A stretch of 64,000 nt of DNA from Phaeosaccion multiseriatum (GCA_965112735.1 OZ218958.1:2108001-2172000), one strand, 5' to 3'. Shown: positions 1-12,300, counted from the stretch's first letter. The notes: generated by a model from the sequence alone, not told the origin. Translations and numbers: made by a program.

Positions 1-3000
1 GACGGGTTGGCGTGTCATACCATGCGCGCGCAGAGCATTGGATCAGCACGACTGGCCTCACCGACACACTGCATCGCCACAACAGTGCCCAGTGGGGACT
101 CGAATGGGCTCAAAAGGCCCAATCTGGCTCCTGGTTGGGCCCAAAGCAAGCATTTGCGGGGCACAAACAGGCCAAATGACGGGTTGGCGTGTCATACCAT
201 AGCCGCACAGAGCATTGGATCAGCACGACTGGCCAATCCGACGCACTGCATGGCCACAACAGCGCCCAGTGGGGACTCGAATGGGCTCAAAAGGCCCAAT
301 CCGGCCCCAGGTTGGGCCCAAAGGAAGCATTTGCGGGGCACAAACAGGCCAAATGACGGGTTGGCGTGTCATACCATGCGCGCGCAGAGCATTGGATCAG
401 CACGACTGGCCTCACCGACACACTGCATCGCCACAACAGTGCCCAGTGGGGACTCGAATGGGCTCAAAAGGCCCAATCTGGCCCCTGATTAGGCCCAAAG
501 CAAGCATTTGCGGGGCACAAACAGGCCAAATGACGGGTTGGCGTGTCATAACATGCGCGCGCAGAGCATTGGATCAGCACGACTGGCCTATCTGACACAC
601 CGCATCGCCACAACAGTGCCCAGTGGGGACTCGAATGGGCTCAAAAGGCCCAATCTGGCCCAAGGTTGGGCCCGAAGCAAGCATTTGCGGGGCACAAACA
701 GGCCAAATGACGGGTTGGCGTGTCATACCATGCGCGCGCAGAGCATTGGATCAGCACGACTGGCCTCACCGACACACTGCATCGCCACAACAGCGCCCAG
801 TGGGGACTCGAATGGGCTCAAAAGGCCCAATCTGGCCCCTGATTAGGCCCAAAGCAAGCATTTGCGGGGCACAAACAGGCCAAATGACGGGTTGGCGTGT
901 CATAACATGCGCGCGCAGAGCATTGGATCAGCACGACTGGCCTCACCGACACACTGCATCGCCACAACAGTGCCCAGTGGGGACTCGAATGGGCTCAAAA
1001 GGCCCAATCTGGCTCCTGGTTGGGCCCAAAGCAAGCATTTGCGGGGCACAAACAGGCCAAATGACGGGTTGGCGTGTCATACCATGCGCGCGCAGAGCAT
1101 TGGATCAGCACGACTGGCCTCACCGACACACTGCATCGCCACAACAGCGCCCAGTGGGGACTCGAATGGGCTCAAAAGGCCCAATCTGGCCCCTGATTAG
1201 GCCCAAAGCAAGCATTTGCGGGGCACAAACAGGCCAAATGACGGGTTGGCGTGTCATACCATGCGCGCGCAGAGCATTGGATCAGCACGACTGGCCTCAC
1301 CGACACACTGCATCGCCACAACAGCGCCCAGTGGGGACTCGAATGGGCTCAAAAGGCCCAATCTGGCCCCTGGTTGGGCCCAAAGCAAGCATTTGCGGGG
1401 CACAAACAGGCCAAATGACGGGTTGGCGTGTCATACCATGCGCCCGCAGAGCATTAGATCAGCACGACTGGCCTCACCGACACACTGCATGGCCACAACA
1501 GCGCCCAGTGGGGACTCGAATGGGCTCAAAAGGCCCAATCTGGCCCCAGGTTGGGCCCAAAGCAAGCATTTATTGAGGGGCACAAACAGGCCAAATGACG
1601 GGTTGGCGTGTCATACCATGCGCGCGCAGAGCATTGGATCAGCACGACTGGCCTCACCGACACACTGCATCGCCACAACAGCGCCCAGTGGGGACTCGAA
1701 TGGGCTCAAAAAACCCAATCTGGCCCCTGGTTGGGCCCAAAGCAAGCATTTGCGGGGCACAAACAGGCCAAATGACGGGTTGGCGTGTCATACCATGCGC
1801 CCGCAGAGCATTGGATCAGCACGACTGGCCTCACCGACACACTGCATGGCCACAACAGCGCCCAGTGGGGACTCGAATGGGCTCAAAAGGCCCAATCCGG
1901 CCCCAGGTTGGGCCCAAAGCAAGCATTTATTGAGGGGCACAAACAGGCCAAATGACGGGTTGGCGTGTCATACCATGCGCGCGCAGAGCATTGGATCAGC
2001 ACGACTGGCTTCACCGACACACTGCATTGCCACAACAGTGCCCAGTGGGGACTCGAATGGGCTCAAAAGGCCCAATCTGGCCCCTGATTAGGCCCAAAGC
2101 AAGCATTTGCGGGGCACAAACAGGCCAAATGACGGGTTGGCGTGTCATACCATGCGCGCGCAGAGCATTGGATCAGCACGACTGGCCTATCCGACACACT
2201 GCATGGCCACAACAGCGCCCAGTGGGGACTCGAATGGGCTCAAAAGGCCCAATCCGGCCCCAGATTGGGCCCAAAGCAAGCATTTGCGGGGCACAAACAG
2301 GCCAAATGACGGGTTGGCGTGTCATACCATGCGCCCGCAGAGCATTGAGTCAGCACGACTGGCCTCACCGACACACTGCATCTCCACAACAGTGCCCAGT
2401 GGGGACTCGAATGGGCTCAAAAGGCCCAATCTGGCCCCTGGTTGGGCCCAAAGCAAGCATTTGCGGGGCACAAACAGGCCAAATGACGGGTTGGCGTGTC
2501 ATACCATAGCCGCACAGAGCATTAGATCAGCACGACTGGCCTATCCGACACACTGCATCGCCACAACAGCGCCCAGTGGGGACTCGAATGGGCTCAAAAG
2601 GCCCAATCTGGCCCCTGATTAGGCCCAAAGCAAGCATTTGCGGGGCACAAACAGGCCAAATGACGGGTTGGCGTGTCATACCATGCGCGCGCAGAGCATT
2701 GGATCAGCACGACTGGCCTATCCGACGCACTGCATGGCCACAACAGCGCCCAGTGGGGACTCGAATGGGCTCAAAAGGCCCAATCCGGCCCCAGGTTGGG
2801 CCCAAAGCAAGCATTTGCGGGGCACAAACAGGCCAAATGACGGGTTGGCGTGTCATACCATGCGCCCGCAGACCATTGGATCAGCACGACTGGCCTCACC
2901 GACACACTGCATGGCCACAACAGTGCCCAGTGGGGACTCGAATGGGCTCAAAAGGCCCAATCTGGCCCCTGGTTGGGCCCGAAGCAAGCATTTGCGGGGC

Positions 3001-5849
3001 ACAAACAGGCCAAATGACGGGTTGGCGTGTCATACCATGCGCGCGCAGAGCATTGGATCAGCACGACTGGCCTCACCGACACACTGCATCGCCACAACAG
3101 TGCCCAGTGGGGACTCGAATGGGCTCAAAAGGCCCAATCTGGCCCCTGGTTGGGCCCGAAGCAAGCATTTGCGGGGCACAAACAGGCCAAATGACGGGTT
3201 GGCGTGTCATACCATAGCCGCACAGAGCATTAGATCAGCACGACTGGCCTCACCGACACACTGCATCGCCACAACAGCGCCCAGTGGGGACTCGAATGGG
3301 CTCAAAAGGCCCAATCTGGCCCCTGGTTGGGCCCAAAGCAAGCATTTGCGGGGCACAAACAGGCCAAATGACGGGTTGGCGTGTCATACCATGCGCCCGC
3401 AGAGCATTGGATCAGCACGACTGGCCTCACCGACACACTGCATGGCCACAACAGCGCCCAGTGGGGACTCGAATGGGCTCAAAAGGCCCAATCTGGCCCC
3501 AGGTTGGGCCCAAAGCAAGCATTTATTGAGGGGCACAAACAGGCCAAATGACGGGTTGGCGTGTCATACCATGCGCGCGCAGAGCATTGGATCAGCACGA
3601 CTGGCCTCACCGACACACTGCATCGCCACAACAGTGCCCAGTGGGGACTCGAATGGGCTCAAAAGGCCCAATCTGGCCCCTGGTTGGGCCCAAAGCAAGC
3701 ATTTGCGGGGCACAAACAGGCCAAATGACGGGTTGGCGTGTCATACCATAGCCGCACAGAGCATTGGATCAGCACGACTGGCCTATCCGACACACTGCAT
3801 CGCCACAACAGCGCCCAGTGGGGACTCGAATGGGCTCAAAAGGCCCAATCTGGCCCCAGGTTGGGCCCGAAGCAAGCATTTGCGGGGCACAAACAGGCCA
3901 AATGACGGGTTGGCGTGTCATACCATGCGCGCGCAGAGCATTGGATCAGCATGACTGGCCTAACCGACACACTGCATCGCCACAACAGTGCCCAATGGGG
4001 CGTTCAATGGGCTCAAAAGGCCCAATCCGGCCCCAGGTTAGGCCCAAAGCAAGCATTTGCGGGGCACAAACAGGCCAAATGACGGGTTGGCGTGTCATAC
4101 CATGCGCGCCCAGAGCATTGGATCAGCACGACTGGCCTCACCGACACACTGCATCGCCACAACAGTGCCCAGTGGGGACTCGAATGGGCTCAAAAGGCCC
4201 AATCTGGCCCCTGGTTGGGCCCGAAGCAAGCATTTGCGGGGCACAAACAGGCCAAATGACGGGTTGGCGTGTCATACCATGCGCGCGCAGAGCATTGGAT
4301 CAGCACGACTGGCCTCACCGACACACTGCATCGCCACAACAGTGCCCAGTGGGGACTCGAATGGGCTCAAAAGGCCCAATCTGGCCCCTGGTTGGGCCCA
4401 AAGCAAGCATTTGCGGGGCACAAACAGGCCAAATGACGGGTTGGCGTGTCATACCATAGCCGCACAGAGCATTAGATCAGCACGACTGGCCTATCCGACA
4501 CACTGCATCGCCACAACAGCGCCCAGTGGGGACTCGAATGGGCTCAAAAGGCCCAATCTGGCTCCTGGTTGGGCCCAAAGCAAGCATTTGCGGGGCACAA
4601 ACAGGCCAAATGACGGGTTGGCGTGTCATACCATGCGCGCGCAGAGCATTGGATCAGCACGACTGGCCTCACCGACACACTGCATCGCCACAACAGTGCC
4701 CAGTGGGGACTCGAATGGGCTCAAAAGGCCCAATCTGGCTCCTGGTTGGGCCCAAAGCAAGCATTTGCGGGGCACAAACAGGCCAAATGACGGGTTGGCG
4801 TGTCATACCATGCGCGCGCAGAGCATTAGATCAGCACGACTGGCCTATCCGACACACTGCATCGCCATAACGGCGCCCAGTGGGGACTCGAATGGGCTCA
4901 AAAGGCCCAATCTGGCTCTTGGTTGGGCCCAAAGCAAGCATTTGCGGGGCACAAACAGGCCAAATGACGGGTTGGCGTGTCATACCATGCGCCCGCAGAG
5001 CATTGGATCAGCACGACTGGCCTCACCGACACACTGCATCGCCACACACGTGCCCAGTGGGGACTCGAATGGGCTCAAAAGGCCCAATCTGGCCCCAGGT
5101 TGGGCCCAAAGCAAGCATTTGCGGGGCACAAACAGGCCAAATGACGGGTTGGCGTGTCATACCATGCGCGCGCAGAGCATTGGATCAGCACGACTGGCCT
5201 CACCGACACACTGCATCGCCATAACAGCGCCCAGTGGGGACTCGAATGGGCTCAAAAGGCCCAATCTGGCCCCTGGTTGGGCCCAAAGCAAGCATTTGCG
5301 GGGCACAAACAGGCCAAATGACGGGTTGGCGTGTCATACCATGCGCCCGCAGGGCATTGGATCAGCACGACTGGCCTCACCGACACACTGCATGGCCACA
5401 ACAGCGCCCAGTGGGGACTCGAATGGGCTCAAAAGGCCCAATCTGGCCCCAGGTTGGGCCCAAAGCAAGCATTTATTGAGGGGCACAAACAGGCCAAATG
5501 ACGGGTTGGCGTGTCATACCATGCGCGCGCAGAGCATTGGATCAGCACGACTGGCCTAACCGACACACTGCATCGCCACACACGTGCCCAGTGGGGACTC
5601 GAATGGGCTCAAAAGGCCCAATCTGGCTCCTGGTTGGGCCCAAAGCAAGCATTTGCGGGGCACAAACAGGCCAAATGACGGGTTGGCGTGTCATACCATG
5701 CGCGCGCAGAGCATTGGATCAGCACGACTGGCCTATCCGACACACTGCATCGCCATAACAGCGCCCAGTGGGGACTCGAATGGGCTCAAAAGGCCCAATC
5801 TGGCTCCTGGTTGGGCCCAAAGCAAGCATTTGCGGGGCACAAACAGGCC
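1..5849. repeat. 177-bp tandem satellite array, left segment (~33 monomers; continues beyond window start)
   Basis: Monomer AAATGACGGGTTGGCGTGTCATACCATGCG...GGGGCACAAACAGGCC recurs every 177 bp with point variants; occasional 180-bp variant (CATTTATTGAGGGG). Confidence 0.98.
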
Positions 5850-6070
5850 TTCTCGCAGTCGTTGCGCTCAATCGAAACTGGGTACCCATTGAGAGGCCTC
5901 GCTCCTCCTCATCCAGTCGTCGCCAATGTTGGGGGATAAACTTTTCATTAAGAGTGCAGTCCTGAGAGGGACTCACCTCGGGGCACACAGTGTCTCCGGG
6001 GTGTCGCTTCCCTGACGGGGGCGAGCACGGGCCTTTGGGGGCAGCGGTTCCGAGGAGCCGCTCATCCCCC
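5850..6070 (+). repeat. Direct repeat A, copy 1 (221 bp)
   Basis: Starts TTCTCGCAGTCGTTGCG and ends CCGCTCATCCCCC; appears identical to 6673-6893 (offset 823). Confidence 0.95.
5954..6070 (+). ncRNA. Putative structured RNA element in repeat A (perfect four-way junction plus long hairpin); second copy 6777-6893
   Basis: GTGC/GCAC closes three contiguous hairpins with no linker bases, several G-U pairs and a GAGA tetraloop; followed by the hairpin GGGGG-C-AGCGGTTCC-GA-GGAGCCGCT-CAT-CCCCC. Folded by eye. Confidence 0.45.
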
Positions 6071-6146
6071 CCTTAACTGCGAGAACCTTAACTACTGAGT
6101 ATCTAACTACTAAGTACTAAAACTAATCTAGATGGGTGGGTGGGTG

Positions 6147-6672
6147 GAAAAGAAAAAAACCTTGGGCTAGACGTGAGGACCATCTTCACACACGTAATCA
6201 AGCCCAGGCTCTCAAACTTCTACTAGATGCGTGTGCGTAGCGCAAGCCCTTGCGACAGTTAGCATTGGGGGCACCTCATGTGTTTGCGACAGGTAGCATG
6301 ACACAAGTAAGCACACAGCATCTTCACCCTCACAAGAGAAGCAGTCGGGCCCTACTGCGATCCTTGCTTTCCTACACCATCAGTCTCTACTCTCCTCCCT
6401 GCTTGTACACGCTCCCGCACCTGCTCTCGATCTCCTCCAATCACGGTAGCGTGGCGAGTACAGCAGGGCTCCTCCTCTTCTGAGCTCCAGCAGAAAATCC
6501 AAATCCGCTGTTTTCCATCTGCTGCCATAAATATACTTTCTATCCTACCAGCTCCCTCGGGGTCCACGCACACGCGCTCACGCTCCCCCCTCCTCGGCTC
6601 TCAATACCCTGTTTCTCCGTCGACTCCACTCTGCGAGAACAGAACTTCCGTGGCTTCGCTGCTGAAGCAGCG
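6147..6672 (+). repeat. Direct repeat B, copy 1 (526 bp)
   Basis: GAAAAGAAAAAAACCTTGGG...CGCTGCTGAAGCAGCG; matches 8823-9347 except for one extra A in the homopolymer. Confidence 0.95.
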
Positions 6673-6893
6673 TTCTCGCAGTCGTTGCGCTCAATCGAAA
6701 CTGGGTACCCATTGAGAGGCCTCGCTCCTCCTCATCCAGTCGTCGCCAATGTTGGGGGATAAACTTTTCATTAAGAGTGCAGTCCTGAGAGGGACTCACC
6801 TCGGGGCACACAGTGTCTCCGGGGTGTCGCTTCCCTGACGGGGGCGAGCACGGGCCTTTGGGGGCAGCGGTTCCGAGGAGCCGCTCATCCCCC
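6673..6893 (+). repeat. Direct repeat A, copy 2
   Basis: Immediately follows B1 (GAAGCAGCG|TTCTCGCAG). Confidence 0.95.
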
Positions 6894-8822
6894 ATATTCA
6901 CCCAAAGTCCCTTGGGCGCAGCCGTGTCTGCATGTATCCTACTGCGCCCTGCCCAGCGCATGGCGTCCTGCACGCGTGCTGAAATGCTGTGGCCCAGGCC
7001 CACCTTGGACTGGAGAAGCCACCAGTCGTCGCCGCTATGTCGCTACCAATCTGTTGTGTCCCCACCTTCAGAGCCATCAGTAAAAGTGAGAGAGAAGCGG
7101 CGCAGCTCTACTCCCTCCTCCATCACCGCTATAGCCGCGCGGAGTCCTCCGACTACGATAGTCGGCGCTCTCCGCCATCGCCGCAGGTCCAAGGTCGCTC
7201 AATTAGCCAAATTGAAATTCTTTTCGGAATCACAGATCCAAAAATCCCATAGAACCAACCCCGGTAGAAAAACAGAAAATGCCCCAACAGCCGCACTTAT
7301 GTTTTTCGCACCAAGCTCCTAGAACACCAATTCGTAGACGCGGCCCTTCTGCATACACCGTGCCGATACCCCGTCACTGCTATTCCAACCGTCCGCTGCG
7401 GACTTCCGCAGTACCCGGCCGACAAAAGACCGAGTGCAAAACACCTCGCTGCTGTCGACCTGCAAACGAACAAGCCCAAGATCTCAAGCCCTGCTGCCCC
7501 AAAGCATCGACCACCGGGCACTCTGGCACGAGGATATGCCATCCTTACCACCCCAAGTAAGTCGCGCAAGCATAGCAAAACCTATTGCCTGCTCTCGCCC
7601 ATTTTCTTCGTTCGCACCGTTCAAGTGTCACGCACCCCGAAAAATCCCTTATCCGACTATCGCAGCACAGGCAGGCCCCAACCCTCACTCCACAGCTGTT
7701 GTGGATGACCAAATGCCACTCCGCCGCCGCCCATTGCAGATAAGTAGCTACATGGCTCGATTGCCCACTCTCCGCAACCCCCCCAAGCGTAGTGCCCTGT
7801 CCCCACAATACGTAGATGGCCACTCTATAGATGCTGCTGTGTCGTCAGGGAGGCAAGCGCTGCAAACACTCACTGCCGTCTCCCACCGACCCATGCCTTC
7901 CTTGCTCGCTGCGCCCCTTCTGTTGTACGTCGCTTCTCTGTTATGGCCACAGGTAGAACAGCCGCTGCACACGCCACCTACTCAAGGCGCCAACCACCAC
8001 CAAAGCAGAGCCCACCGGCTCCTTCCAATAGCCCGAATACCTGCCTCCGCATCCATGCGACCGCGGCTGTCACACTCACGAACTCCGCCCTCGCCGTGGC
8101 TGCTGAGGCTCTTGCTGCTTGGCTGAGAGTCCCTATTCACTCCTTTCTGCTGCCGCCCTTCTCCCACATCTACGCAAAACGTCTCCAGGGGCGAGGAAGA
8201 GGAAAACAATGCCACCTCCCAGCTGTCCGTTCGTCACCCTAGCACTAACTGCCACTACACCCACTGTCCATGCGCCCGTACTCTCCGGCTGAAGCGACAG
8301 GCCGGACGGGATCACTCGTAGCTGCTGCTGCTACTCGCGTTGCTGTTATTGTGGCGCTCGAAAGAAGAGAAAAGTCCACCAACCCTTCCTCCCGTAGATC
8401 GAGAAGGTGTCTACCATGAAGTCAGGCTCCAGCTCTCAATCCCCTTCAATCCCGGTAGGGTAGCGAGTACCGGATGGCTCCTCCCCCCCCTGCGCGCTGC
8501 TGCTTCCAACACGATGCCTCCCCCCCTGAAAGCCCCCTCTAAGGCCATCCGCACTGCTGCATCTCCATCCAACACGATACGCCGGGCTCTCATCTGCTGC
8601 ATCTGCGTCCCATACGATACGCGGGGCGCTCATCACCATCAGGACCAAAGCGGAAGGATCTTTCACCCCCCAGCCTAAAAGATCCCGCCACCGCCGCAGC
8701 GACGCCACAACCAGGCGGGGTGGAGAAGGGAGGAGGCGAAAAGATTGGGGTTGACGGACCCCGCGAAACCAATGGAGAGGAAAGGGCGACGAGGGAGCGT
8801 GGAAGCCCCGTCACCGGCGAGA

Positions 8823-9347
8823 GAAAAGAAAAAACCTTGGGCTAGACGTGAGGACCATCTTCACACACGTAATCAAGCCCAGGCTCTCAAACTTCTACTA
8901 GATGCGTGTGCGTAGCGCAAGCCCTTGCGACAGTTAGCATTGGGGGCACCTCATGTGTTTGCGACAGGTAGCATGACACAAGTAAGCACACAGCATCTTC
9001 ACCCTCACAAGAGAAGCAGTCGGGCCCTACTGCGATCCTTGCTTTCCTACACCATCAGTCTCTACTCTCCTCCCTGCTTGTACACGCTCCCGCACCTGCT
9101 CTCGATCTCCTCCAATCACGGTAGCGTGGCGAGTACAGCAGGGCTCCTCCTCTTCTGAGCTCCAGCAGAAAATCCAAATCCGCTGTTTTCCATCTGCTGC
9201 CATAAATATACTTTCTATCCTACCAGCTCCCTCGGGGTCCACGCACACGCGCTCACGCTCCCCCCTCCTCGGCTCTCAATACCCTGTTTCTCCGTCGACT
9301 CCACTCTGCGAGAACAGAACTTCCGTGGCTTCGCTGCTGAAGCAGCG
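8823..9347 (+). repeat. Direct repeat B, copy 2 (525 bp)
   Basis: Offset 2675 from B1; ends at the right element/satellite junction. Confidence 0.95.
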
Positions 9348-12300
9348 AAATGACGGGTTGGCGTGTCATACCATGCGCCCGCAGAGCATTGGATCAGCAC
9401 GACTGGCCTCACCGACACACTGCATCGCCACAACAGTGCCCAGTGGGGACTCGAATGGGCTCAAAAGGCCCAATCTGGCCCCTGGTTGGGCCCAAAGCAA
9501 GCATTTGCGGGGCACAAACAGGCCAAATGACGGGTTGGCGTGTCATACCATGCGCGCGCAGAGCATTGGATCAGCACGACTGGCCTCACCGACACACTGC
9601 ATCGCCATAACAGCGCCCAGTGGGGACTCGAATGGGCTCAAAAGGCCCAATCTGGCCCCTGGTTGGGCCCAAAGCAAGCATTTGCGGGGCACAAACAGGC
9701 CAAATGACGGGTTGGCGTGTCATACCATGCGCCCGCAGGGCATTGGATCAGCACGACTGGCCTCACCGACACTGCATGGCCACAACAGCGCCCAGTGGGG
9801 ACTCGAATGGGCTCAAAAGGCCCAATCTGGCCCCAGGTTGGGCCCAAAGCAAGCATTTATTGAGGGGCACAAACAGGCCAAATGACGGGTTGGCGTGTCA
9901 TACCATGCGCGCGCAGAGCATTGGATCAGCACGACTGGCCTCACCGACACACTGCATCGCCACAACAGTGCCCAGTGGGGACTCGAATGGGCTCAAAAGG
10001 CCCAATCTGGCCCCTGGTTGGGCCCAAAGCAAGCATTTGCGGGGCACAAACAGGCCAAATGACGGGTTGGCGTGTCATACCATGCGCGCGCAGAGCATTG
10101 GATCAGCACGACTGGCCTCACCGACACACTGCATCGCCACAACAGCGCCCAGTGGGGACTCGAATGGGCTCAAAAGGCCCAATCTGGCCCCAGGTTGGGC
10201 CCAAAGCAAGCATTTGCGGGGCACAAACAGGCCAAATGACGGGTTGGCGTGTCATACCATGCGCCCGCAGGGCATTGGATCAGCACGACTGGCCTCACCG
10301 ACACACTGCATGGCCACAACAGCGCCCAGTGGGGACTCGAATGGGCTCAAAAGGCCCAATCTGGCCCCAGGTTGGGCCCAAAGCAAGCATTTATTGAGGG
10401 GCACAAACAGGCCAAATGACGGGTTGGCGTGTCATACCATGCGCGCCCAGAACATTGGATCAGCACGACTGGCCTCACCGACACACTGCATCGCCACAAC
10501 AGTGCCCAGTGGGGACTCGAATGGGCTCAAAAGGCCCAATCTGGCCCCTGGTTGGGCCCGAAGCAAGCATTTGCGGGGCACAAACAGGCCAAATGACGGG
10601 TTGGCGTGTCATACCATGCGCGCGCAGAGCATTGGATCAGCACGACTGGCCTCACCGACACACTGCATCGCCACAACAGTGCCCAGTGGGGACTCGAATG
10701 GGCTCAAAAGGCCCAATCTGGCCCCTGGTTGGGCCCAAAGCAAGCATTTGCGGGGCACAAACAGGCCAAATGACGGGTTGGCGTGTCATACCATAGCCGC
10801 ACAGAGCATTAGATCAGCACGACTGGCCTATCCGACACACTGCATCGCCACAACAGTGCCCAGTGGGGACTCGAATGGGCTCAAAAGGCCCAATCTGGCT
10901 CCTGGTTGGGCCCAAAGCAAGCATTTGCGGGGCACAAACAGGCCAAATGACGGGTTGGCGTGTCATACCATGCGCGCGCAGAGCATTGGATCAGCACGAC
11001 TGGCCTCACCGACACACTGCATCGCCACAACAGTGCCCAGTGGGGACTCGAATGGGCTCAAAAGGCCCAATCTGGCTCCTGGTTGGGCCCAAAGCAAGCA
11101 TTTGCGGGGCACAAACAGGCCAAATGACGGGTTGGCGTGTCATACCATGCGCGCGCAGAGCATTAGATCAGCACGACTGGCCTATCCGACACACTGCATC
11201 GCCATAACGGCGCCCAGTGGGGACTCGAATGGGCTCAAAAGGCCCAATCTGGCTCTTGGTTGGGCCCAAAGCAAGCATTTGCGGGGCACAAACAGGCCAA
11301 ATGACGGGTTGGCGTGTCATACCATGCGCCCGCAGAGCATTGGATCAGCACGACTGGCCTCACCGACACACTGCATCGCCACACACGTGCCCAGTGGGGA
11401 CTCGAATGGGCTCAAAAGGCCCAATCTGGCCCCTGGTTGGGCCCAAAGCAAGCATTTGCGGGGCACAAACAGGCCAAATGACGGGTTGGCGTGTCATACC
11501 ATGCGCGCGCAGAGCATTGGATCAGCACGACTGGCCTCACCGACACACTGCATCGCCATAACAGCGCCCAGTGGGGACTCGAATGGGCTCAAAAGGCCCA
11601 ATCTGGCCCCTGGTTGGGCCCAAAGCAAGCATTTGCGGGGCACAAACAGGCCAAATGACGGGTTGGCGTGTCATACCATGCGCCCGCAGGGCATTGGATC
11701 AGCACGACTGGCCTCACCGACACACTGCATGGCCACAACAGCGCCCAGTGGGGACTCGAATGGGCTCAAAAGGCCCAATCTGGCCCCAGGTTGGGCCCAA
11801 AGCAAGCATTTATTGAGGGGCACAAACAGGCCAAATGACGGGTTGGCGTGTCATACCATGCGCGCGCAGAGCATTGGATCAGCACGACTGGCCTCACCGA
11901 CACACTGCATCGCCACAACAGTGCCCAGTGGGGACTCGAATGGGCTCAAAAGGCCCAATCTGGCCCCTGGTTGGGCCCAAAGCAAGCATTTGCGGGGCAC
12001 AAACAGGCCAAATGACGGGTTGGCGTGTCATACCATAGCCGCACAGAGCATTGGATCAGCACGACTGGCCTATCCGACACACTGCATCGCCACAACAGCG
12101 CCCAGTGGGGACTCGAATGGGCTCAAAAGGCCCAATCTGGCCCCAGGTTGGGCCCGAAGCAAGCATTTGCGGGGCACAAACAGGCCAAATGACGGGTTGG
12201 CGTGTCATACCATGCGCGCGCAGAGCATTGGATCAGCATGACTGGCCTAACCGACACACTGCATCGCCACAACAGTGCCCAATGGGGCGTTCAATGGGCT

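Larger units (their letters stand above)
5850..9347. mobile_element. Non-autonomous 3498-bp element with split direct repeats (A1-x-B1|A2-internal-B2), inserted into the satellite without TSD; TOC1/PAT/Ngaro-like topology
   Basis: The monomer is split exactly at AAACAGGCC|AAATGACGGG. A1 5850-6070 equals A2 6673-6893; B1 6147-6672 matches B2 8823-9347; B1 abuts A2 with no intervening bases. No RT, recombinase or transposase motif seen in the internal ORFs. Confidence 0.85.

Noticed and set aside
6894-8822. Internal ORFs of the element (up to 230 aa)
   Set aside because: Short, overlapping on both strands, Pro/Ser/Arg-rich, and without RT, RNase H, tyrosine recombinase, HUH, GIY-YIG or RuvC motifs that I could recognise.
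5850-9347. Conventional LTR retrotransposon (B1/B2 as LTRs) or a hammerhead ribozyme in the repeats
   Set aside because: No TG...CA ends, no TSD, no clear PBS/PPT, and the extra A repeat is unexplained by an LTR model. No CUGANGA...GAAA core found by eye in A or B on either strand.
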